A DNA stretch of 64,000 bases from a candidate division FCPU426 bacterium (GTDB lineage Bacteria; Oederibacteriota; JAAXVQ01; JAUVAV01), in contig JBFLYH010000001.1 in assembly GCA_040756875.1 (NCBI GenBank), positions 640,001 to 704,000 on the forward strand, written 5' to 3'. The position numbers were made by a program, and so were the translations under genes. This document shows, in pieces, positions 27,971 through 37,002 of the stretch. The notes beneath the pieces are model-generated. The model saw only the letters and a program-made list of their open reading frames with translations, ran no database searches and was not told the origin of the DNA. How positions within the stretch are numbered: position 1 is the first letter of the stretch; each line of letters starts with the position of its first letter.

Positions 27971-30115
27971 ATGCCGAATCCGATGATCGACCGCCTGCTG
28001 GAACGGGAATCCGAGGTGGTTCGGGAGTGCCTGGAAGAAGGAGAGCGGCGTTTTCCATTCTATCGGCAGGCCGCGGGGGTGCAGCGCAGCACCATCGAGG
28101 AGGCCTGTTCGATCCAGCTGAAAATGGCGCTCCAGGCCTTGGAACAGTCGGGACAGGAACGGCCGGCCTGGGAAAAAACCATGCGCCAGCAGGGCGAGAC
28201 CCTGGCCCGCCTGGGAGTGCCCCTGATGGAAGTCCTGGGCATGATCCAGCTGCTGAAGGAAAAAACCCGCCTGAAGTTGCAGACTCTGCTGGCGGAGCAG
28301 CCGGAGGTCCCTTGCCAGGCCATCGTCGAGTTTGATCTGGCTTTCAGCCGGATTTTCAGCAGTATTGAGCTCGACCTGCTGACGCCTTTTTTGGAAGTTC
28401 AAACCCAGATCATCCAGTCCCAGGAGGCCTTTTTAAAGCACAAATTCAGCAGCCTTTATCGCCTGGTCGAGGCCATTTCCAACAACCTCGACATCCAGCA
28501 ATGCTGCGAACTGCTCCTGGATTATGTCTGCCGGTTCTACGACGTCAAGCTCTCCGGTGTTTTCCTGCTGGACGAAAAAGCCCGCGAACTCTACCCCCAG
28601 CACATGACCGGCCTTTCCCGCAAACTGAAAAGCCAGCTCCGCTACCGGGCCGTGGACGAACCGTTCCGCCAGTGCCTCCAGGAAGGGAAGCCCGTGTTCG
28701 TGATCGACACCCCGTATCATGCGGACGACATTACCGTACCCGTGCCGGAACGCGAGCAGCCGCCCCAGGCGGCCACCCGGAGTTCGGCGGATTATCCGGC
28801 CCTGGCCTCCTTGTACGCTCCGATGATCGGACGCCAGCGCACGTACGGCGTGGCGGCTTTGCACGCCTGGAAACTGGCCCAGTTCACGGAAAGCGAGGTC
28901 CAGCAATTCACGACCCTGGCGCGCATCGTGGCCGTGGCGCTCGAAAACGCGGGCATCTATCAAAGCCTGACCGAGGAAAAGAGCAAGCTGGACGCGATCG
29001 TCAACTCGATTTCCGACGGGTTGATTCTGGTGGATCTGCGCGAGGAGATCGTTTTCATCAACGCCCTGGCGGCCAAATACCTGCAACAGCCTCCGTACCG
29101 GCTCCTGGGCGCTTCGGCCTCCATCATTCCGGACCGGCTCCTGGCCAATGCCCAGGATCCGCTGACCATTCAATCCCGCTATCTCCGGGCCCAGAACAGC
29201 ATCGCGGAGATGCCTGTGCTTGATTTCACGCTGGAGCGCCCGGAAGTGGCCGATATCCGCATGCATTTTTTCCCGGTCAGGGACCGCGAACAACGGCTGA
29301 TGGGGCACGGGCTGCTGATCGAGGACGTGAGCCATGAGCAGGAAGTCAACCGTATGAAGACCGAATTCGCCGCCATCGCCAGCCATACCATGCGCACGCC
29401 CATGACCAGCATCCTGGGTTTCGCCACGCTGCTCATCGAAAAACAACTGCCCGCCGAGACGCAGCGGAAATACATTCAGAACATTTACCGGGAATCCCAG
29501 CGGCTCACGAATATTTTCAACGATATGCTCGATCTGGCCAACATCGAAGCCGGGCTGGTCTCGCTGAAGCTGGCTCCCCTGGATGTGTGGGAAACCGCGC
29601 AGACGGCGGCGCGGGACGTGCGCGCCCTGTCGAACCGCACGATCGAGCTGGTCCGCGGCAATAAAACCTTCCCCCTGCTGATCGCCGACCAGCAGAAAGT
29701 GCAGCAGGCCTTGGGGAGCCTGTTGACCAACGCCACCAAATTCACCGCCGGCAAGATCGTCCTGCAGGTCAAAAAAGTGACCCAGGTGAAATTCCGCTCC
29801 GGATGGATGCACTCCCAGGTCGGACTCGAAGCGCCCGGCTTGTTTCCGGCGATTCTTTACCTGATCGAGGACGAGGGCGAGGGCATACCGGCCGAGCACT
29901 TGGACGGCATTTTCGAGGCCTTTCATAAAGTGCCCCAGGACAAGCGTTGGAACGAGGGCTCGGGCCTGGGCCTGACCATCGTGCGGCACATTGCCGAGGC
30001 GCATGGGGGCCGCGTGTGGGTCGAATCCGCACCGGGTAAAGGCAGCGCGTTCTCCCTGCTGCTCCCCCTGGAGCTTACGTCCCCGGAAACCAATGTCGGC
30101 CGTTTTACTTCCTGA
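27971..30115 (+). CDS. Cytoplasmic GAF-PAS histidine kinase with variant H-box
   Basis: Helical N-terminus, GAF, PAS, SHTMRTPMTSI, LLTNATKF, DEGEGI, GSGLGL. Confidence 0.9.
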   Translation: MPNPMIDRLLERESEVVRECLEEGERRFPFYRQAAGVQRSTIEEACSIQLKMALQALEQSGQERPAWEKTMRQQGETLARLGVPLMEVLGMIQLLKEKTRLKLQTLLAEQPEVPCQAIVEFDLAFSRIFSSIELDLLTPFLEVQTQIIQSQEAFLKHKFSSLYRLVEAISNNLDIQQCCELLLDYVCRFYDVKLSGVFLLDEKARELYPQHMTGLSRKLKSQLRYRAVDEPFRQCLQEGKPVFVIDTPYHADDITVPVPEREQPPQAATRSSADYPALASLYAPMIGRQRTYGVAALHAWKLAQFTESEVQQFTTLARIVAVALENAGIYQSLTEEKSKLDAIVNSISDGLILVDLREEIVFINALAAKYLQQPPYRLLGASASIIPDRLLANAQDPLTIQSRYLRAQNSIAEMPVLDFTLERPEVADIRMHFFPVRDREQRLMGHGLLIEDVSHEQEVNRMKTEFAAIASHTMRTPMTSILGFATLLIEKQLPAETQRKYIQNIYRESQRLTNIFNDMLDLANIEAGLVSLKLAPLDVWETAQTAARDVRALSNRTIELVRGNKTFPLLIADQQKVQQALGSLLTNATKFTAGKIVLQVKKVTQVKFRSGWMHSQVGLEAPGLFPAILYLIEDEGEGIPAEHLDGIFEAFHKVPQDKRWNEGSGLGLTIVRHIAEAHGGRVWVESAPGKGSAFSLLLPLELTSPETNVGRFTS

Positions 30116-30915
30116 TGGCGCATCCCATCCATATCGGAACCTCGGGCTTTTCCTATGCGGATTGGAAGGGGCCTTTTTATCCCCCGGCCCTCCGGACCGG
30201 GGACATGCTGGGTTTCTACAGCCGCCATTTTTCCGCCTGCGAGCTCAATGCGAGTTATTACCGCCTTCCCACGGCCGCCACGACCGCGGCCCTGATCCGC
30301 AAATCGGAAGGCCGGGTCCGTTTCGTCATCAAGGCGCACGGGAGCATGACCCACGAACGGACCGCCGCGGAGGCCGAGTACCGGCAGTTCAACGAGGCGC
30401 TGCGCCCGCTCCAGGACGCAGGACTGCTCGGCGCCGTGATTGCCCAGTTTCCGTATTCCTTTCCCAACAGCCTGGACAACCGGGGATATGTGGCGGACCT
30501 TCGCGCCCGGCTGCCCGAAGGCACGGAACTGGTGGTCGAGTTCAGGCACCGCAGCTGGAATCACGCCCAAGTGGTCGAATGGCTGGCCGGACTCGGGGTC
30601 GGGTTGGTGAACGTCGACGAGCCTGACCTGAAGGGCCTTTTGCCGCCGACCGACCACGTAACCAGCCCCGTGGGATATGTCCGGTTTCACGGACGCAACC
30701 GCGAAAAATGGTTTCAGAAGCAGGCCCAGCCCTGGGAGCGGTACGATTATTTATACCAGGAGGAGGAATTGCGGGAATGGGTGCCGCGCATCCGGAGAAT
30801 CGCGGACCAGGCCGGACAGACTTTTGTGTTTTTCAACAATCACTGGCAGTCGCAGGCCGTGACCAATGCCAAGCAGCTGGCGGCTTTGCTCGGAGGACAA
30901 GCGGGGAATGGCTGA
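30115..30915 (+). CDS. DUF72 (YecE-like) protein
   Basis: IGTSGFSYADWKGPFYP, ELNASYY, QFP.SF, VEFRH.SW, YVRFHGRN, RYDYLY, FFNNH. Confidence 0.93.
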   Translation: MAHPIHIGTSGFSYADWKGPFYPPALRTGDMLGFYSRHFSACELNASYYRLPTAATTAALIRKSEGRVRFVIKAHGSMTHERTAAEAEYRQFNEALRPLQDAGLLGAVIAQFPYSFPNSLDNRGYVADLRARLPEGTELVVEFRHRSWNHAQVVEWLAGLGVGLVNVDEPDLKGLLPPTDHVTSPVGYVRFHGRNREKWFQKQAQPWERYDYLYQEEELREWVPRIRRIADQAGQTFVFFNNHWQSQAVTNAKQLAALLGGQAGNG

Positions 30916-30990
30916 TTGAATGAGGAAGCGGCCGTTTACGGGCCAGCCTGAGCAGGGCTTGGATTTGTGGGGGGAGAGAACCGGCCGGCG

Positions 30991-32277
30991 CTAGACCTTC
31001 ATGTTGCGGGTGGCTTCCTGCAGGGAGGCGGCGGCCGTCGAGATTTCCTGGATGCTGGACGTGACCGTGGTCATGGAGTTGTTCAGTTCCTCCATGCTGG
31101 CGGCGATTTCCTCCAGGGCGGAGGCGTTGTCCTCGGCGAAAGAAATGACTTCCTTCATGTTGCCTTGGACCACGTCGGTGCGCTCCAGCTGGGACTGCGA
31201 AAGGGCGGACATGGAGGCCACGCGCTGTTCCAGGTTGCTGACCGATTCCACGATGGTGGTCAGGGATTTTTCCGATTCGGTCATGGCCTCGCGGCCGGAA
31301 GTGACGTGCTTGGTGCCGTCGTTCATGGAGTCGACGGTGGCGCGGTTCTCGGCCTGAATGCGCATGACCAGGGCCGCGATTTGCTTGGTGGCGTCCCCGG
31401 ATTCCTCGGCCAGTTTTTTGATTTCGTCGGCCACGACCGCAAACCCGCGGCCGGCGTCGCCGGCGCGGGCCGCCTCGATGGCGGCGTTCAGGGCGAGCAG
31501 GTTGGTTTGCTCCGCAATCTGGGTGATGACTTCCAGCACCTGGTCGATCTCCTGGATGGTGCCGGACAGGGCTTCCACCTGGCGGGCGTTCTGGTCGAAG
31601 ATGTTGAACAGCAGAGTGATTTTTTCGATGGCGGATTGGATGATTTTGCTGCTATTTTCGGCCGTGGAGTGGGTGATGCGCGCCAGGCCGCTGGACTCAT
31701 TGAGGGCGGTCAGGAATTCCCGGAGCGACAGGGCCTGTTCCTGGATGGTTTTGGCGGAATTGACCGTGTGTTCCCGCTGCTGTTCCGCGTTGGTGGCCAC
31801 GGAGGAAATGTTGCTGGTGACTTCCTCGGTGGCCGCGCTGATTTCCTGGGCCAGGGACGACAGGTGTTCGGAAATGCGCTGCAGAGTCTCGGTCAGCGAC
31901 TTGGTTTGGAAAATGATGGTTTGAATGGCTTCGATGAATTGGTTGAAGGAAGCGGCCAGTTTGCCGCTTTTTTCCTCGCCGGCGTAGTCCAGGCGGGTAG
32001 TGAGATCGACATGGCCTTTAGCGAAGCCTTGCATGGTTTTCATCATGCCCTGGCTGATCTGTTCCAGGCCGGCCAAGGGGCCGGGAATCAGCCAAAACAG
32101 GAGCGCCAGCACGCTCGTGGACAAAACCGCGGTTACAACGGCGAAAAGGACGGGGACTTTCCACCACGTGGCGGCGAAGTAAAAATAGACGATAATTGCT
32201 AGCAAAGAGCCGGCCAGGATGAGAAGCAGACGCCGGGAAATGCCACCGGGCAGAAGGTTTCGCAGCAGACTCGACAC
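30991..32277 (-). CDS. Methyl-accepting chemotaxis protein (two close TMs, HAMP, signalling domain)
   Basis: [40 protein letters not shown] hairpin signature. Confidence 0.95.
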   Translation of the reverse strand: MSSLLRNLLPGGISRRLLLILAGSLLAIIVYFYFAATWWKVPVLFAVVTAVLSTSVLALLFWLIPGPLAGLEQISQGMMKTMQGFAKGHVDLTTRLDYAGEEKSGKLAASFNQFIEAIQTIIFQTKSLTETLQRISEHLSSLAQEISAATEEVTSNISSVATNAEQQREHTVNSAKTIQEQALSLREFLTALNESSGLARITHSTAENSSKIIQSAIEKITLLFNIFDQNARQVEALSGTIQEIDQVLEVITQIAEQTNLLALNAAIEAARAGDAGRGFAVVADEIKKLAEESGDATKQIAALVMRIQAENRATVDSMNDGTKHVTSGREAMTESEKSLTTIVESVSNLEQRVASMSALSQSQLERTDVVQGNMKEVISFAEDNASALEEIAASMEELNNSMTTVTSSIQEISTAAASLQEATRNMKV

Positions 32278-32390
32278 TCGACCACCTCACGACGATTTCA
32301 GGATGTCGGGAACCGATATTTTCTAAAAATATTATCATTACCTGTTCAGGATTGCAATCACTTTGCGGCGGACGCACGAAGGAGAAAAAA

Positions 32391-33527
32391 GTGGGCATTC
32401 ATTTCAGGATCGACGGCGTTGACGGAAAGGCGCGCGCCGGCGTGTTGACTTTGCCGGGCAACCGGAATGTCGAAACACCGGTGTTCATGCCGGTCGGGAC
32501 CCAGGCGGTGGTGAAATCCCTGGATAGCCACGATTTGGAGGCTTTGCAGGTGCAGCTTCTGCTTGCCAATGCCTATCATTTGCACCTGCGCCCCGGGGCC
32601 GAGACCATCGCCGCGGCCGGAGGGCTACACCGTTTTATGGGATGGCCCGGCGGCATCATCACCGATTCCGGGGGTTACCAGGTCTTTTCGCTGGCGGATT
32701 TCCGCACCGTGGGCCAGGAGGGGGTTTCCTTTGTGTCCCACCTCGACGGGTCGAAGCACTTTTTTACCCCGGAAACCAACATGGAGTTGCAACATCAGTT
32801 GGGCGCGGACATTATCATGGCTTTCGATGTCTGCGTCGCCTATCCGGCCGGCGGGGACGAGGTTCGGCGCGCCGTGGAATTGACGACGGACTGGGCCGGC
32901 CGCTGTTTGGACCGGCACGCGCAGCTCGGCGGGGAGCAGGCGCTGTTCGGGATCGTGCAGGGAGGGGTCCTGAAAGAAGCGCGGACCGTATCGGCGCAAG
33001 CGCTCGTGGCAATGGATTTTCCCGGCTATGCCATCGGCGGACTGTCCGTGGGCGAAGGTCCGGAGCTCATGAATGAAATTTTGGACCATTTGCATCCGCT
33101 TTTGCCCGAAGGCAAACCCCGTTACCTGATGGGTGTGGGCACGCCGCTGGATCTGTGGGAGGCCGCGGCCCGGGGTGTGGACATGCTGGACTGCGCCATG
33201 CCCACGCGCATTGCCCGCAATGGCACGCTGTTTACCTCCCGCGGACGGCTGGTGATAAAAAACGCGGCCTATGCCCGGGACGAACGTCCGCCGGACCCGG
33301 ACTGCGCCTGCCCGTTGTGCCGGCGGCACAGCCGCGCTTATTTGCGTCACCTGTTCAATACGCAGGAGCTGACCGCCTTGAGACTTTCCACTTTACACAA
33401 TCTGACGTTCATGCTAAATTTGAGCCGATTTATAAGGAAAAACATCCTCTCCGGCACGTTTGAGTCCGCCCGCCAGGATTTCCTCTCCCAATATGGCCAG
33501 CTCAGCACCCCGGCCGGAGCGGTGTGA
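32391..33527 (+). CDS. tgt: tRNA-guanine(34) transglycosylase
   Basis: TPVFMPVGT, DSGGYQVFSL, FGIVQGG, GGLSVGE, RYLMGVG, Zn site CACPLC..H; AAGGAG RBS before GTG 32391. Confidence 0.98.
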   Translation: MGIHFRIDGVDGKARAGVLTLPGNRNVETPVFMPVGTQAVVKSLDSHDLEALQVQLLLANAYHLHLRPGAETIAAAGGLHRFMGWPGGIITDSGGYQVFSLADFRTVGQEGVSFVSHLDGSKHFFTPETNMELQHQLGADIIMAFDVCVAYPAGGDEVRRAVELTTDWAGRCLDRHAQLGGEQALFGIVQGGVLKEARTVSAQALVAMDFPGYAIGGLSVGEGPELMNEILDHLHPLLPEGKPRYLMGVGTPLDLWEAAARGVDMLDCAMPTRIARNGTLFTSRGRLVIKNAAYARDERPPDPDCACPLCRRHSRAYLRHLFNTQELTALRLSTLHNLTFMLNLSRFIRKNILSGTFESARQDFLSQYGQLSTPAGAV

Positions 33528-33558
33528 AGTCATCTCACTTCAAGGAGGATCGTGTTAC

Positions 33559-33942
33559 ATGAATGACATTTGGATGATGGCTATGGGAAATATGGCGCCT
33601 TCCGGATCTGCCGGCTCAGGGGCTGCCGCCGACCCGGCAGCGGGATTCATGTCCTTGCTGCCCCTGCTGTTGATCTTCGTGCTTTTCTACGTTCTTTTCA
33701 TCGTTCCGCAGCGCCGGCAGCAAAAGAAGCACGACGAACTGATCAAAACCCTGCGCAAGGGCGACGAAGTGGTCACCTCGGGCGGCATGTTCGGGACAGT
33801 CGCGGGTTTCAACGAGCGCGAAAACACGGTTTACCTGAAAATGGGCGAAAACGTGAAGATCGAGATTCAACGCCAGTCCATTTCCGGATTGAGAAAAACC
33901 GCGGCGCCCGAGTCCAAAACCGACGTTCCGGCGCCTAAATAA
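33559..33942 (+). CDS. yajC: Preprotein translocase subunit YajC
   Basis: TM then PQRRQQKKH..LRKGDEVVTSGGMFG; follows tgt; AGGAGG RBS. Confidence 0.95.
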   Translation: MNDIWMMAMGNMAPSGSAGSGAAADPAAGFMSLLPLLLIFVLFYVLFIVPQRRQQKKHDELIKTLRKGDEVVTSGGMFGTVAGFNERENTVYLKMGENVKIEIQRQSISGLRKTAAPESKTDVPAPK

Positions 33943-34030
33943 ATTGCCTTGCAGCAAGCTGCAGGGCATCCGGATATCAAAGGGTTTGATCCGGCCCGGG
34001 CGGCTGGGAAGACCCGCCTGCGAGCGACGC

Positions 34031-35674
34031 ATGAAGCTTAAAGCAGTCACCCTGATTCTTTTCGGTTTGCTGAACGCGTCCGCGGCCTGGCCTGACGCCG
34101 GGCCGGCGCCTTCTGTCTCGGAAGAAGGCCAGTTTCTAAAGCTGGTTGAATTCTATTATGCCCGTCCCCAGCCCCGGTCCCTGCCCGGGGCTCTGAAATA
34201 TTTCGTGGAAAAATACAGCCGCCTGCAACCAGCCGAAGGCGATGACGAACTATTGCGGATGGCCGCGTTCGCCAGGTTTTTCGCCGTGCTGGGCGAACGC
34301 CACTCTGAAATCTGGCGCCATGCGGAGTTGTTGTTCAACCAGGCGAGTTGGCCAAAGCGGCAGGCGCTGTTGGAAATCTTCAGCCGCAACCAGGATGAGT
34401 CTTTGCGGAACAGCCTGAAAGGCTGGGCGGCGGCCGAGGAGGATCCGGACCGGCGAATCTTGCTGGAACGCTGTTTGCTCGCCCAAAAGCCGGTGCTGGA
34501 CGTGATGGACGCCCCGCCGGAAAATCTGACGCGCCTGGCCGAACAATGGGCGTGCTTTTTCGCGGTCGGCGACGTGCGCGTCATCGAACTCAGCCTGGCT
34601 GTGCTGGCCGCGCCTGCCGCCGAGGGGGGCGCCGATCTGCGCGCGCAGCGGCTCCGCGAAACCGCGCTGCAGATGCTGCTGCAGCAGGCCCGGGTGCATG
34701 CCTTGGTCCGCGAAAGCCTGGCCAAAACGCTCGCGACGTCGGAAAACGAAGCGCTGCTGCCCTTGCGCCAATCCCTGGCCTGCCAAGCGCTGCAAGCAGG
34801 GGACGCCGGCGCGTTCGACCAGTGGCTGCCCGCTGCCTGGATCAGCCGTCTGCCTGCCGAGCAGCGGGCGTTCTTCGAGGCCTGCTCCGAAGTCCTGAGG
34901 TCCCGCTCGCAGGCAGTGCCCGGCAAGGTCGCGGCCCTGGCCGCTGTGAACCGCGTCCAGGCCGAATGGCTGAAAGCCCACCATGCGTACCTGCGTTTGC
35001 GCGAGGGAGAAGCAGCGGGACGGACTCAACCGCTGGCCGGCCAGGGGCGGGAACTGTTGCTTAAAGCCAAAAACCGCCTGCTGCAGGATCCGGAAACCGC
35101 TTTCTATACCCTGTGGTCGCTGGAAACCGATCCGCCCCAGGCGCGCGCCGAGTCGTTTTACCACCTGCAGGTGGCTGCCCGGGCCGGCCAGGACCGGCGC
35201 TGGCTGGCGCTCATCCGCCTGCTGCCCCAGGAGGCGCAGGCCGATGTGGACGGGAAGATGTTCCGCTGGACCGACCGCCATCCGCAATGGATTCCTGTGG
35301 AAAGCGGATTTTTAGACGCCCGCATCCGTCAGGCGGTCCAAACCGAGGACCTGGCGCAATTTCTGGACCGCTTTTCCCCCCAGAATCTGGCCAAATTCAG
35401 TCAGAGCGGGAGCCAGCCGTTGATCCGCGCTTCATACGAACCTGTTCCCGATGCCGAGCTCTGGAACAACGTCTTGGAGCCGCTTTTCCCCGGCCAGCGC
35501 CATACGCTTTCCCGTTTGCTCGTGGATGTGGACGCCTCCACCCAGCAGCCCGTAAGGGTTCAGGCCGAAGTCGTCGTCCAGGTGGACGGGCGGATCGTGG
35601 CCCGGGGTGAGGTCGAACAAATTTTTTACGACCCAGGGCCGGATTCGCTCGCCTGGCTGGAGGCACTGCGTTGA
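34031..35674 (+). CDS. Hypothetical exported protein
   Basis: Long ORF filling the gap between yajC and miaB, signal-peptide-like start, overlaps miaB start; no family recognised. Confidence 0.65.
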   Translation: MKLKAVTLILFGLLNASAAWPDAGPAPSVSEEGQFLKLVEFYYARPQPRSLPGALKYFVEKYSRLQPAEGDDELLRMAAFARFFAVLGERHSEIWRHAELLFNQASWPKRQALLEIFSRNQDESLRNSLKGWAAAEEDPDRRILLERCLLAQKPVLDVMDAPPENLTRLAEQWACFFAVGDVRVIELSLAVLAAPAAEGGADLRAQRLRETALQMLLQQARVHALVRESLAKTLATSENEALLPLRQSLACQALQAGDAGAFDQWLPAAWISRLPAEQRAFFEACSEVLRSRSQAVPGKVAALAAVNRVQAEWLKAHHAYLRLREGEAAGRTQPLAGQGRELLLKAKNRLLQDPETAFYTLWSLETDPPQARAESFYHLQVAARAGQDRRWLALIRLLPQEAQADVDGKMFRWTDRHPQWIPVESGFLDARIRQAVQTEDLAQFLDRFSPQNLAKFSQSGSQPLIRASYEPVPDAELWNNVLEPLFPGQRHTLSRLLVDVDASTQQPVRVQAEVVVQVDGRIVARGEVEQIFYDPGPDSLAWLEALR

Positions 35675-37002
35675 TCACCGGCACGTTCTACCTGCATACC
35701 CTCGGCTGCCAAATGAACGAATACGACAGCGAACGCGTGGCTGGCGCGCTCATGGCCGAAGGCTGGCAGGCGGCCGGGCAGCCCGAAGAGGCGGATCTTT
35801 TGCTGATCAATACCTGCACCGTGCGCCAGCTGGCCGAACACAAGGCCTTTTCGCTGCTTGGCCGCTGGGCGCAGTTGAAAGCCCGGAAGCCCGGGCGGCT
35901 GATCGGAATGCTGGGTTGTCTGGCGCAGGACCTGGGCCCGGACGCTTTCCGGCGCGCGCCAGCCCTTGATTTTCTGGCCGGTCCGCGGGCCCTGGCCGAA
36001 GTGCCGCTGCTGGTGGAACGCGCGCGCCAGGGAGCGAGGCCGGCCGAACTGTCGGTGCGGCCTTTTGGCCGGGGAATTACAATGGCACCGGACGCCCCGC
36101 ACGTGTCGGCTTACGTGGCGGTCATGGAAGGGTGCGACCAAGGTTGCGCCTATTGCGCGGTGCCCCAGGCGCGCGGACGGGAACAATCGCGCCCGCTGGA
36201 CGACGTTCTGGCCGAAGTCAGGCGGCGTCTGGACGGCGGAGCCAGGGAAATCGTGCTCCTGGCCCAGAACATCACCCGTTACGGGTTTGATCTCGCTTCG
36301 GACGAGAAGTTGCCCGTGCTCCTGGCCCGTGTCGCGGAGATGCCGGGCTTGAGCCGGCTGCGCTTTTTAACCGGCCATCCCGCGGCCTTTGACGATCGGC
36401 TGCTGCGGGCATGGCAGGACCTGCCGGCTTTGTGCGAGGCCCTGCACCTGCCGCTGCAATCTGGTTCCGACAGCGTGCTGCGCGACATGCGCCGCGGTTA
36501 TACGGCCGGGTATTACCTGCGCCTGGCCGAGCGCCTGCATGCCGCAGTGCCGGGGTTGGCGCTGACCACGGATCTGATCGTGGGATTTCCGGGCGAAACT
36601 GACGCTGATTTCCAGGCCACCCTCGACATGGCAGAGCGCTGCGGCTTTGATTCAGCTTTCTGCTTCAAATATTCGCCGCGCCGGCAAACCCCGGCCGCGG
36701 CGTATCCCGACCAGGTCCCGGAAAGCGTCAAAACCGAACGCCTGGCCGAACTCATGCAGCGGCTTGAGGTCCAAACCCTCGCCAAAAAAGCGGCCCTGGT
36801 GGGCAGGCGCGAACGCGTGCTGTTCGAGGGCCTGGACGCGCGTTCCGGGCAGTATCTGCGGGGACGGACGCGGCGCAACCACCTGGTGCACGTCGCCGGA
36901 CCCGTAGCATGGGTCGGCCGCGAGCTGGAAGTGGACATTACCGCGGCCGGACACTGGTCCCTGAGCGGCCAGGCTGTCACGCCCGGGGAGGGCGGCGCAT
37001 GA
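35671..37002 (+). CDS. miaB: tRNA-2-methylthio-N6-isopentenyladenosine synthase
   Basis: TLGCQMNEYDSE, NTCTVR, radical SAM CDQGCAYC, HLPLQSGSD, DLIVGFPGET, TRAM domain. Confidence 0.95.
   Translation: MITGTFYLHTLGCQMNEYDSERVAGALMAEGWQAAGQPEEADLLLINTCTVRQLAEHKAFSLLGRWAQLKARKPGRLIGMLGCLAQDLGPDAFRRAPALDFLAGPRALAEVPLLVERARQGARPAELSVRPFGRGITMAPDAPHVSAYVAVMEGCDQGCAYCAVPQARGREQSRPLDDVLAEVRRRLDGGAREIVLLAQNITRYGFDLASDEKLPVLLARVAEMPGLSRLRFLTGHPAAFDDRLLRAWQDLPALCEALHLPLQSGSDSVLRDMRRGYTAGYYLRLAERLHAAVPGLALTTDLIVGFPGETDADFQATLDMAERCGFDSAFCFKYSPRRQTPAAAYPDQVPESVKTERLAELMQRLEVQTLAKKAALVGRRERVLFEGLDARSGQYLRGRTRRNHLVHVAGPVAWVGRELEVDITAAGHWSLSGQAVTPGEGGA

Noticed and set aside
32316-32332. ATATTTT-cta-AAAATAT palindrome in the MCP/tgt divergent gap
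   Set aside because: Short and all A/T; cannot be told from chance without comparative data.
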